From Chloroflexia bacterium (GTDB lineage Bacteria; Chloroflexota; Chloroflexia; Thermomicrobiales; UBA6265): a stretch of DNA of 28,492 nucleotides. A program made the translations under genes and the position numbers. Under the pieces are notes generated by a model. The model was given only the letters and a program-made list of their open reading frames with translations, made no database searches and was not told the origin of the DNA. Where the stretch lies: NCBI GenBank assembly GCA_013696265.1, contig JACCYX010000450.1, positions 1 to 28,492 of the forward strand, given 5' to 3'. Positions within the stretch are counted from its first letter, which is position 1, and every line of letters begins with the position of its first letter. Of this stretch, positions 16,885 through 25,540 are shown one piece after another.

Positions 16885-17179
16885 CGTTTCTCTCCCCAAT
16901 CCCCGAACCACATCCCCGAACAGCACCTTTGGCGATCATCACGGGTCGCGGCACCAGGGCAACCCCTCGTGCCCGATCGTGCAGCCAGGTGATCGTGACA
17001 ATTCGGCACATCGTTGGACTGGATGCTACCACGCTACCCGTACGTACACAAGCGACCTAGACCGTTTTCCCCGCCCTGGCAGGATGACCGGTGTACTTGA
17101 ATGCCTGGAACCGACGACAATAGAGAGGGACCGTTCGTGAACGGTCGTTCGATCGCGATGAAAACGGAGTTCCGCACCT

Positions 17180-18001
17180 TTGCCAGAATCAGCAGCGAAT
17201 TTTTCCGCCCCGCCGGTTGCTCCGCCAGGTGTCCTCGACCAGATCGCCAACCTGGTGCGGTCGAGCGAGCGCATGTCGGTCTTCACCGGCGCCGGAATCA
17301 GTACGGAGTCGGGCATTCCCGACTATCGTGGCCCGAACGGGGTCTGGGCCCGCCAGGCCATCCCCCACATCGACACGATCCGCACCGATCGCGAGGCGAG
17401 GGTCGAGCACTGGCAAGATCGCCGGCACCGCTATCCCGAAATGACGGCCCGGATTCCCAACGCCGGCCACGAGGCGATCGCTGGCTTCGAAGCCGCCGGC
17501 CGGCTGCTGGCCGTGATTACCCAGAACATCGATGGCCCCCATCAGAAGGCCGGCAACAGCGACGACCGTGTGATCGAGTTGCATGGTTCGACCCACGTCA
17601 TTCGCTGCACCCGATGCGGGCGATCCTGGAGCGGCGAGGAGATCCAACGCCGCCTCGAAGCGGGGGAAGAAGACCCTCGCTGCCAGGTCTGCGGCGGCGT
17701 GCTGCGGACAGGGACCGTGTTGTTTGGCGAGGCGCTGCCCGAGCGGGCGCTCCGCACCGCCCACGCCGTCGCCCAGGCCACTGACCTGATGCTCGTAGTC
17801 GGCAGTTCGCTGGTCGTCAATCCGGCCGCGAGGCTGCCCGTCATCGCGAAGGATGCCGGTGCTCGTCTGGTCATCATCAACCAGTCGTCGACACCCATTG
17901 ACGATCTCGCCGACGTGCGGGTCGGGGCCAGCGCCGGCGAGGCGCTATCGGGCATCGCGAAACGCGTGTCGATGGAGGATCGCCAGGTCGATGACGACTG
18001 A
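17180..18001 (+). CDS. cobB: NAD-dependent protein deacylase (sirtuin, Sir2/CobB family)
   Basis: FTGAGISTESGIPDYRG, ITQNIDG.HQKAG, ELHGS, CTRC/CQVC zinc ligands, VLFGE, VGSSLVVNPAA, IINQ; TTG start with GGAG upstream. Confidence 0.95.
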   Translation: MPESAANFSAPPVAPPGVLDQIANLVRSSERMSVFTGAGISTESGIPDYRGPNGVWARQAIPHIDTIRTDREARVEHWQDRRHRYPEMTARIPNAGHEAIAGFEAAGRLLAVITQNIDGPHQKAGNSDDRVIELHGSTHVIRCTRCGRSWSGEEIQRRLEAGEEDPRCQVCGGVLRTGTVLFGEALPERALRTAHAVAQATDLMLVVGSSLVVNPAARLPVIAKDAGARLVIINQSSTPIDDLADVRVGASAGEALSGIAKRVSMEDRQVDDD

Positions 18002-18509
18002 CCGGGAACCGCTCGATCCGGGAGGTGGTGACGCCACCGATCACAACTGCTTCGGGTGCGGGCGGTTGAACGAGCATGGCCTGCAACTGAACCTGATACC
18101 CGACCCGGATGGATACGGCGTGTTCACCGCTTTCGTTCCGGCGTCGCGCACCGAGGGCTACACCGGGATGGTTCACGGGGGAATCATCACGACGGTGCTC
18201 GACGAGGTGATGGCCTGGTCACTGGCGCGCCACGGCATCTGGGCCGTCACCGGCCAGTTGACGACCCGTTACCGCAAGCCAGTGGTGCTTGGTGAGGCGA
18301 CGACGGCGATCGGGTTCCTGGTGCGGGATCGTGGCCGGGCGATCGAGATGCGTGGCGAAATCCGGCGGGACGCGGACCGCGTCCTCCTGGCCAACGCCAC
18401 GGCCACGTTCATCCGCGTGCCGCCGTCGAAAGCCTCCGAATGGCAATCGCGCTACGGGTCGTTCGGCGCCGCCGAACCAACCGAACCAATGGAAGGCGGC
18501 GATCGATGA
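17991..18509 (+). CDS. PaaI-family hot-dog thioesterase
   Basis: HNCFGCGRLNEHGLQL, EGYTGMVHGGIITTVLDEVM, LTTRYRKPV; overlaps the cobB end. Confidence 0.93.
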   Translation: MTTDREPLDPGGGDATDHNCFGCGRLNEHGLQLNLIPDPDGYGVFTAFVPASRTEGYTGMVHGGIITTVLDEVMAWSLARHGIWAVTGQLTTRYRKPVVLGEATTAIGFLVRDRGRAIEMRGEIRRDADRVLLANATATFIRVPPSKASEWQSRYGSFGAAEPTEPMEGGDR

Positions 18510-19000
18510 GGGTCTACCTGGGCGGACCGATGTTTGTGTCCGCGGAGGTTCGCTACAACCTCTGGCTGGCCGGACTGCTCCGGGAGCATGGGTTCGAGGT
18601 CTATTGCCCGAACGAGAGCGAGCCGATCAACGACAAGACCAGGACCGACATCACCGCCGGCAAAATTTACGCCGCCGATCTTGAGGCGCTGGAATGGGCG
18701 AACGTCTATATCTGCCAGGTAAGCGAGGATTCGGGAACCAACTGGGAAGCCGGCTACATGGATTGCCTCAACAAGCGCGTCGACCCAACGCGTTACCACG
18801 GCGTTCTGGGTCTCGCGACCGATATCCGGTTGGCGCAACTGCCCGACCCCGCCCGGAGCGGCATCGACAACCAGGCGTTCTACATCAACCCCTTCATCGT
18901 CGGCGGCATGCAAGGCTCGCTGGGGATCGTTTATACCGAAGACGAATTGATCGCCCGCCTCAAGGAGATTGACGTGACGGTCGCCGCGAAGGGCGGGTAG
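18506..19000 (+). CDS. Nucleoside 2-deoxyribosyltransferase / N-glycosidase family protein
   Basis: VYLGGPMF, YCPN, ADLEAL, EDSGTNWEAGY (catalytic Glu motif), INPF; ATGA overlap with the thioesterase. Confidence 0.88.
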   Translation: MRVYLGGPMFVSAEVRYNLWLAGLLREHGFEVYCPNESEPINDKTRTDITAGKIYAADLEALEWANVYICQVSEDSGTNWEAGYMDCLNKRVDPTRYHGVLGLATDIRLAQLPDPARSGIDNQAFYINPFIVGGMQGSLGIVYTEDELIARLKEIDVTVAAKGG

Positions 19001-19031
19001 AGGACATCACCTATGATGGGGCCTCCCCTAC
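18997..19031. repeat. Degenerate GTAG-tagged palindrome
   Basis: GTAGAGGACATCACCTATGATGGGGCCTCCCCTAC: GTAG...CTAC ends with internal CATCA/TGATG pairing, between convergent genes. Confidence 0.45.
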
Positions 19032-19051
19032 GCCGAATACCCGATTTTTGA

Positions 19052-19792
19052 TCAGTCCCGCTCGATGCCGCGCGCCGCTTGCTGCTGCGCGGACGCCACC
19101 AGCAGGTTGAGGGCCCGCAGGAGGTTGCCGATCGACTCATCATCGAGAAGGTAGAGCGCCAGCTCGGTTTCGTCGTCGGTGAAGGCCAGCATCTCGTCCA
19201 GTTCGTCGTCGTCCACATCGGATTGGCTGGCGGCCTGGATCGCCGCCAGCCAATCCGTGGCCTGGGCGTTAGCGTTCTTCAGGGATTGGAGGAGGTCCTG
19301 GGCGATTTCGCCGCGCAACCGGTTGGACGCTTCTTCGATCGCCGCGAAGTCAGGCGCCGTCGCGGCGGATGTGTCGTGTGCCTCGCTATCACCGGTGAGG
19401 GCGCGATAGGTGCCCGGCGTGGTGGCCAGGATCAGTCCCAGGGTATCGGATTCGGCGTGGGCAACGGCGCGGGGCCCCGGCGCCGATCGCTCGGCCGCCT
19501 GTTGCAGGGTGATCAGCCCGGCGTCGAACAGTTCCTTGCCGGTACGACCGTCGCCGCCTCGTTGTTCGAGGACATAGGCATACACCAGGAACGCGGCCGG
19601 CCCAACCGACGAGTCGAGCTGGATCGTGAAGATCGAGGCGTTGGCGTCACGCTTGATCGGCGACAGGTCCGTCGCCAGGTAGTCTGGCGCATCGGTGATG
19701 CCGAGAACCTCGCCCAGGAAGATGGCGGCGCCGTGGAGGACGGGATCGCGCGCGGGATTGGTCGAATGTCTGGGGTCGATCGGTTCCGTCAT
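19052..19792 (-). CDS. Hypothetical acidic protein
   Basis: AAGGA SD before ATG 19792; GC-rich third codon positions; acidic C-terminal helical region. Confidence 0.75.
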   Translation of the reverse strand: MTEPIDPRHSTNPARDPVLHGAAIFLGEVLGITDAPDYLATDLSPIKRDANASIFTIQLDSSVGPAAFLVYAYVLEQRGGDGRTGKELFDAGLITLQQAAERSAPGPRAVAHAESDTLGLILATTPGTYRALTGDSEAHDTSAATAPDFAAIEEASNRLRGEIAQDLLQSLKNANAQATDWLAAIQAASQSDVDDDELDEMLAFTDDETELALYLLDDESIGNLLRALNLLVASAQQQAARGIERD

Positions 19793-19917
19793 TTCCGTTC
19801 CTTGAGAGGCGATGCCAGGTTTCTGGCAATTCTGTGGAAAACCACGCCAGGGCATTCACGCTGTCGTATATTGCCATATGCAGGGTACCAGCAACGCGGG
19901 CGGCGGAGGTGGCTCAC

Positions 19918-20367
19918 GTGATCGCCAAGACCAACCGGAACGAGGGAGGGCTAACGCCCAGGATCCAGGCGGACCTGATCGATGCGGCGCGTCGTGCGGC
20001 TCAACATGCCTATGTCCCCTACTCCCATTTTCCGGTGGGAGCCGCCGTCCTCACCGAAAGCGGGGATATCGTGACGGGCGTGAATGTCGAGAACGCCAGT
20101 TTCGGCCTCACCGTTTGCGGCGAGCGAGTCGCGATTCATTCCGCGGCCGCCCTGGGGCACCGGTCAATCCTGGCGGTCGCCGTCAGCGCCCCGAAGGCGG
20201 CGGGCACCACGCCGTGCGGCGCCTGCCGTCAGGTGATGAACGAGTTCAAACCGGCGAATGGGGATATGATGGTCCTCATGGACGGCCGCGATTCGATCCT
20301 GGCCATCCCGCTCGGAGACCTGTTGCCCAAATCATTCGGCCCCCGTGATCTTGAACATGAAGAGTGA
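19918..20367 (+). CDS. cdd: Cytidine deaminase (homotetrameric type)
   Basis: AYVPYSHFPVGAA, GVNVENASFGLTVCGER, PCGACRQVMNEF; GGAGGT 7 nt before GTG 19918. Confidence 0.95.
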   Translation: MIAKTNRNEGGLTPRIQADLIDAARRAAQHAYVPYSHFPVGAAVLTESGDIVTGVNVENASFGLTVCGERVAIHSAAALGHRSILAVAVSAPKAAGTTPCGACRQVMNEFKPANGDMMVLMDGRDSILAIPLGDLLPKSFGPRDLEHEE

Positions 20368-20523
20368 TACGAGTACATTGTGCAAAATCGGACGGTCTTA
20401 CGCGATTGGCAGTCGCACAGGTACAATAGAAGGCACTGGGTCCAGGGTCCTCGCTTCATCCGCCGTTGCGCGGATCGTCATCAGCCGCCGGAATACCGGC
20501 GGTGAACTTGAGGAGGGGTAACC

Positions 20524-20988
20524 ATGCGCGGTCGACCATTGGTCGTCGAATGGACCGAATCACCTGAAACGCTTCAGGCCATGTATGAACGCGAGCGAAA
20601 CGGACACCGTCGGGCCCGGCTCCAGGCGCTCTGGCTGCTGCGCAGCGGCGCGTCGATCGGCGAGGCGGGACGCGCGGTCGGCGTCGACTACCGCACCGTG
20701 CAACGCTGGGTTTCCTGGTACCGGCAGGGTGGGCTCGACGCCGTGTTACTGCGCACGCCGGGCTACGCGGCGCCCGGGCGCCCATCGCGCCTGACCGAGA
20801 GCCAGATCGCGGATCTCGTGGGGCGCTCGCGGAACGGTCAGTTCCGCACGGTCAGCGAAGCAGTCAACTGGTCGGCACAGACGTATGGCGTCACCTACAC
20901 CTACACCGGCATGTATGCGCTGCTGGGGCGGCGTGGCGCGGATCAGACGCTCCACCAGGCCTCCCGGAACGAGACCGTCGAAGAGTAG
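20524..20988 (+). CDS. IS630-family transposase N-terminal-like HTH protein, no DDE domain
   Basis: RARLQALWLLRSG...VGVDYRTVQRWVSWYRQGGLDA...GRPSRLT...YGVTYTYTGMYALL matches the IS630 OrfA HTH plus winged-HTH pattern; strong SD GAGGAGGGG. Confidence 0.82.
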   Translation: MRGRPLVVEWTESPETLQAMYERERNGHRRARLQALWLLRSGASIGEAGRAVGVDYRTVQRWVSWYRQGGLDAVLLRTPGYAAPGRPSRLTESQIADLVGRSRNGQFRTVSEAVNWSAQTYGVTYTYTGMYALLGRRGADQTLHQASRNETVEE

Positions 20989-21034
20989 CTGGTTCCCGCC
21001 ACCCTGATTTTCTCGCCCGGTCACTGTCCAACGA

Positions 21035-21043
21035 TGGTAGACT
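21035..21043 (+). promoter_or_regulatory. Extended -10 element upstream of the HTH-M14 gene
   Basis: TGGTAGACT; an identical 9-mer occurs at 28431-28439 upstream of the last ORF. Confidence 0.45.
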
Positions 21044-21102
21044 AGCGGTCGATTGCGCCCCGCGCGCGGCGCGTGTTACACGAAAAAGAGAAGGACCGTG
21101 CG

Positions 21103-23877
21103 GTGCCCAGGGCCAAACTTTCGGATCTCGACGGATACCTCACTACCTCCCACGTCGCCTCGACCTTCGAACTCTCGCCATATTTGATCAAAGCCAGAAT
21201 CGAAGACGGAACACTGCCACCGGCGAGCAGGACCACCGACGCGGGGGTCCTGCTCTTCGACGACGCCTGGATCGCCCAGGCCCGTGACATTCTCGCCTCG
21301 GTCACGCCGCGCAAGCGACGGCGGAGCGCATCAGTCTCGTCACACGTGCCGACGCCCCGCGCCTTCCTGGGACACGACCTCGGCGAGGCGGGCTGGCTGC
21401 CGAACTGGGATCAGGTCGTGGGGTACTTCACCGCGCTGGCGGATGCCTCGGATCGCGTTGAGGTCGAAGTTTTGGGCCAGTCCACGGAGGGACGGCCCTA
21501 CCTCGTCGTCGCCGTCTCGGCTCCCGAGAATCTCCGTCCCGAGGCGCGCCAACGCAATCGGGACGCACTCGACCGGCTCTGGGATGCGCGCTCCACGAGT
21601 CCGGAAGCGGCCGCGCCGCTGATCGATGAGGCTCGGTCGGTCGGGGTGATACTCGCGACCCAACATTCGAACGAAATCGGCGCGATGTTGATGGCCATGC
21701 AGCTTGCCTACGATTTGGCGATCGCCGAGGACGGAGCCGCACTGGACGTGCTGGCCAACACCCTCACCCTGCTGGTTCCGAGCCACAATCCCGACGGCGT
21801 CGCCATGATCTCTGATTGGTACGCCCGCTGGTTGGGCACCCCACACGAGGGGGTGGAGATGCCCTGGCTCTATCATCCATACGTGGGGCACGACAATAAC
21901 CGCGACTGGTTCATGCAGACTCAGGACGAAACCCGCCTCTACGTCGATCTGCACAACCGGGAACACCCGCAAGCCGTGTTCGACATGCACCAGATGGGTC
22001 GCTTCGGACCGCGATTCATGGTGCCGCCGTTCATCGATCCGCTCGATCCCAACCAGGATCCGCTGATCCAGCAAGGATTCTCGGCTCTCGGCAGTCACAT
22101 CGCCCAGCGGTTGACCGCCGCCGGCAAGCCCGGCGTGGTCACCAACGCCATTTTCGATAACTACTCGCCGTCGCTGGCCTACGGTAACTACCACGGCAGC
22201 GTCGACCTCTTGAGCGAAGCGGCCAGCGCCAAGCTGGCGACCACAGTGATCCTTGAGGAAGACGACCTCAACGCCGATTACGGCATCGATCCCCGGATCC
22301 GGGCCTGGAACCAGCCGCTGCCCTGGGAGGCGGGTTCGTGGTCGATCGCCGACATCGTGAGCTACGACCTGATCGCCGCGCGGGCATTCCTCGATCACCT
22401 GGCAAGAAATCGGCGACAGTGGCTTGAGGACTACTCCACCCTGGCCAGGCGGTCTTCAGCACGAACCGAGAAGCCGTACGCCTTCGTCATCCCGCCGGAC
22501 CAGCGCGATCCCCGCGCCACGGCCGAGTTGCTCGCGCTCCTGCAACAGGGGCTCGTCGAGGTGCGTCGCGCAACCGACGCCTTCGCGGCCGACGGCATCA
22601 CCTTTCCGGCCGGCAGCCATGTCGTTCGGCTCGACCAGCCGGCCGGCCCGTTCGCCAAAACCCTGCTTGAGGTCCAGAACTATCCCGACCTCCGCAAGTG
22701 GCCGGATGGACCACTCCTGGAACCCTACGACATCTCGGGTCACACCCTGCCGATCCAGATGGGCGTGAGTGTGGTGCGGATCGACCAGCCGCTGGCCGAC
22801 GATTTGCCCCTACAACTCGTGACCGAGCCCACGGCAGCCATCGGGACGCTCGCCGCGGCGGACGGCGAAACGACCGCCTGGGCCATCGATGCCCGCTCGA
22901 ACGCAATCGCCGACGCGATCCAGGAATTGCACGAGCGAGGCGTTTCCGTCGTCCGTGCCGTTGACCCATCACCCGCGGGCGACGTGCGGCCAGGGGACGC
23001 CCTGATCGCCATCGACGCCATCACCGAAGCGGCCCTCCGCGACGTGGTGGAACTGACCGGCGCCCGCGCCCGCGCGGTCAACATCGCGTCGGGATCGCCG
23101 GTCCTGTCCCAGGCTCCGGTTAGCCTCGGCGTCTTCAAACCCTGGACGGCCAGCATCGACGAGGGCTGGGCCAGATGGGTTCTCGAAGATTACGGCTACG
23201 CGTACGAAACGCTCCGCCCGGCCGACATCCGCCAGGGAGGCCTGCGGGACAAGTTCGATGTGCTGCTAATTCCGGAAATGATCGCCGCCGATGTCGTGGA
23301 TGGTCGCCCGGAGAAGACGCGGGAGAAGGATCCCTATCCTCCCGAATACGTTGGAGGGCTTGGCGACGCGGGGATGGAGGCGCTCCGTCGATTCGTGGCC
23401 GATGGCGGCGACCTGATCGCCATCGACCGGTCGGCCCGGGCGGTCATCGACGCCTTCGCCCTACCGGTCGAGAATGCCCTGCGCGACATTCCGGCCGACC
23501 AGTTTTCATGTCCGGGATCGCTTCTCCGTGTTGTCGTGGATAACACGCATCCGCTCGGATTCGGTCTGCCCCGCGAAACGGCCGTCCTCTTCATGGACGG
23601 CATGGTCTTCACTAGCGCCGACAAGGACGTGACGACCATCGCCCGTTACCCGCGGTCGAACCCCCGGCTGAGCGGCTGGATCAATGGCTGGGAGAAGATC
23701 GAAGGCAAGAGCGCGCTGGTCGATGTGCGGTACGGCGGCGGGCGCGTGGTGCTGATCGGGTTCCGGCCCTATTTCCGGGCCCAGGCGCGCGGCACCTATC
23801 GCATCCTGTTCAACGCCATCGACCGCGCTGGCCAGTCCGATTCAACGTTCGGGGCCGGATCGGCGCACACTGAGTAA
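21103..23877 (+). CDS. M14 zinc carboxypeptidase-family protein with N-terminal MerR/Xis-like HTH and C-terminal class I glutamine-amidotransferase-like domain
   Basis: HSNE (21664-21675), HNPDG, DNNRDW, DMHQ, LLSEAAS. N-terminal YLTTSHVASTFELSPYLIKARIEDGTLP...GVLLFD. C-terminal DVLLIPE...EALRRFVADGGDLIAI. AAGGA 7 nt before GTG 21103 (alternative start 21073). Confidence 0.9.
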   Translation: MPRAKLSDLDGYLTTSHVASTFELSPYLIKARIEDGTLPPASRTTDAGVLLFDDAWIAQARDILASVTPRKRRRSASVSSHVPTPRAFLGHDLGEAGWLPNWDQVVGYFTALADASDRVEVEVLGQSTEGRPYLVVAVSAPENLRPEARQRNRDALDRLWDARSTSPEAAAPLIDEARSVGVILATQHSNEIGAMLMAMQLAYDLAIAEDGAALDVLANTLTLLVPSHNPDGVAMISDWYARWLGTPHEGVEMPWLYHPYVGHDNNRDWFMQTQDETRLYVDLHNREHPQAVFDMHQMGRFGPRFMVPPFIDPLDPNQDPLIQQGFSALGSHIAQRLTAAGKPGVVTNAIFDNYSPSLAYGNYHGSVDLLSEAASAKLATTVILEEDDLNADYGIDPRIRAWNQPLPWEAGSWSIADIVSYDLIAARAFLDHLARNRRQWLEDYSTLARRSSARTEKPYAFVIPPDQRDPRATAELLALLQQGLVEVRRATDAFAADGITFPAGSHVVRLDQPAGPFAKTLLEVQNYPDLRKWPDGPLLEPYDISGHTLPIQMGVSVVRIDQPLADDLPLQLVTEPTAAIGTLAAADGETTAWAIDARSNAIADAIQELHERGVSVVRAVDPSPAGDVRPGDALIAIDAITEAALRDVVELTGARARAVNIASGSPVLSQAPVSLGVFKPWTASIDEGWARWVLEDYGYAYETLRPADIRQGGLRDKFDVLLIPEMIAADVVDGRPEKTREKDPYPPEYVGGLGDAGMEALRRFVADGGDLIAIDRSARAVIDAFALPVENALRDIPADQFSCPGSLLRVVVDNTHPLGFGLPRETAVLFMDGMVFTSADKDVTTIARYPRSNPRLSGWINGWEKIEGKSALVDVRYGGGRVVLIGFRPYFRAQARGTYRILFNAIDRAGQSDSTFGAGSAHTE

Positions 23878-23899
23878 CCACGAGTCGCGTCGATTTTCA

Positions 23900-24106
23900 T
23901 ACGGGCGGACCTGAATCGACCCAAGGTAGCCACCTCCGCAACCCGGATCTTGGTCGTTCCTGTCGTCCACCCGGATCTTGGCGTCCTGATACGACCTTCG
24001 GCTGATCAATGGAGGTTCCGCGCGGCGGGGTATCCCGGCGGACAACAGATTCGACCAGCATACGGTTGGCCAGACGCAGTTGGCGGTCGAATCAGGTCCG
24101 CCCGTA
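23900..24106. repeat. 22-bp terminal inverted repeat element (degenerate REPIN or MITE)
   Basis: TACGGGCGGACCTGAATCGACC (23900-23921) vs GGTCGAATCAGGTCCGCCCGTA (24085-24106), 21/22 complementary; internal 13-bp direct repeat ACCCGGATCTTGG at 23941 and 23969. Confidence 0.7.
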
Positions 24107-24186
24107 CGACTGATGTTTCCATCACTCTTTATCCTGAGTCCGTATGAGTGGCGCGAGGCCTGAACTCACGGTGGAAAGCATCTAAT

Positions 24187-25416
24187 TCAGCCCGCCTCCA
24201 GGCGGCTTTGGCGGTTGAGCGATCCCAGCAACATCAGGGCGCCGCCGGCGCCCCAGATCGTGATGAGCACGCTCAGGATCGAATGCAGGTACGGCACCGG
24301 AATCAGGCGCAGGGCGCCCAGGGCCACCACGCCGAGCGTCATCGCCAGCAGGTGAAATCCCCGGCTGCCATCGTTCCAGCCGCCCGGCAGGACGAACCGG
24401 CCAATTGTGATTCCGACGAACACCTGCGACAGGTAGAGCGCCGCGATGTACAGGGCGAGCAGAATGAGACCGGCCGGTATTCCAATTACCGTCACCAGCA
24501 GCACGAACGCCACGATCGGGACCGCGATCACCGCCAGCAGCCCCATCAGGAACGACGGCAGTACACGCATGCCGTTGCTGCCGAGCTGGTTTGCGAGCCG
24601 CGGCGCCGCCACAACCAGCAGGGCGCCCGCCACGAGCGCCCACAGGGTGCGCAGGAGTGGGCCCGACGCACGCGACAACGGATTGTCACCACCGCCCCAG
24701 GGGTCCAGGTCCTCCCGCTCGATGCCCTGGGCAAGCTGGGCGTTGGCATCGACATCCGCTTCCTGGCGGCTGGTGTAGCTCACCGGTCCGGTAATCCTGG
24801 ACGTGTTGAGGACACTGAGGTCGCTGGTATCGATGTCCACCGATCCCCCCAGTGCGCCACCCAGGGTCGCCTGCATCGCATAGCCGGAGACATCCCCGGC
24901 GACGTTCCCCCGCAGATCGACCTCGCCGCCCGCGACGATCAGGTTACCGCCGATTTGGCCGCTGCTGGTCAGTTCCAGTTGCCCGCCGGCCATCACCACG
25001 TCGCCCCCGACGCTTCCCGAGATCCGGACTGAACCGCTGAGGATGCGCAGCGAGCCGTCGATCGTGCCCGCAATCTCCGTCTGTCCCGTGGCGACCTGCA
25101 ATGAACCGCCGATCGTGCCGTCGATCATGGCCTCACCCGCCGCGATGTTCACATCGCGATCGGCCTGGCCGTTGAACTCGACCGTGCCCGCCGCGATGTA
25201 AACGTCCTCGGCGATCCGTTCGGCCGGCCCGATCACCACCTCGCCGGCGGTTCGCGTCTCGGCGGTCAATCCAAAGGCCGGGTAGGCGAGGATGCCCACC
25301 GCCAGGATCAGGACGAATGCAGTCAACGCCATCAACCTGGAACGCGGTGCAGCTTCGGTTCGGGTGGACCTGCGGGATTTTGGGGGCGCTTCATGTTCAA
25401 TGCTGGGGCGAGGCAT
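24187..25416 (-). CDS. Membrane protein with bactofilin/polymer-forming cytoskeletal-like beta-helix repeats
   Basis: N-terminal signal/TM, Gly-rich repeats (IDGTIGGSLQVATG, ISGSVGGDVVMAGG, LRGNVAGDVSG), then 4-5 C-terminal TM helices. Start uncertain (25416 or 25332). Confidence 0.85.
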   Translation of the reverse strand: MPRPSIEHEAPPKSRRSTRTEAAPRSRLMALTAFVLILAVGILAYPAFGLTAETRTAGEVVIGPAERIAEDVYIAAGTVEFNGQADRDVNIAAGEAMIDGTIGGSLQVATGQTEIAGTIDGSLRILSGSVRISGSVGGDVVMAGGQLELTSSGQIGGNLIVAGGEVDLRGNVAGDVSGYAMQATLGGALGGSVDIDTSDLSVLNTSRITGPVSYTSRQEADVDANAQLAQGIEREDLDPWGGGDNPLSRASGPLLRTLWALVAGALLVVAAPRLANQLGSNGMRVLPSFLMGLLAVIAVPIVAFVLLVTVIGIPAGLILLALYIAALYLSQVFVGITIGRFVLPGGWNDGSRGFHLLAMTLGVVALGALRLIPVPYLHSILSVLITIWGAGGALMLLGSLNRQSRLEAG

Positions 25417-25540
25417 GCGGCGGACTGTCTCCCGGATGGCGCGATCGTTGGCGGCCCGGAGCCACCAGCGTGTTGACAGTCCTGAGCATACGATACTTGA
25501 CGCGCCATCGAATGCTGGCGAGAAGGGAGGAACTCCCGCG

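Noticed and set aside
17180-19000. Possible anti-phage system (SIR2 plus TIR-like fold protein, Thoeris-like)
   Set aside because: The sirtuin is a canonical short Zn-binding CobB-type deacylase without defence-type fusions, and no defence-island context is present.
20112-20129. CGE instead of CAE in cytidine deaminase
   Set aside because: The Zn ligands and catalytic Glu are intact; a minor variant.
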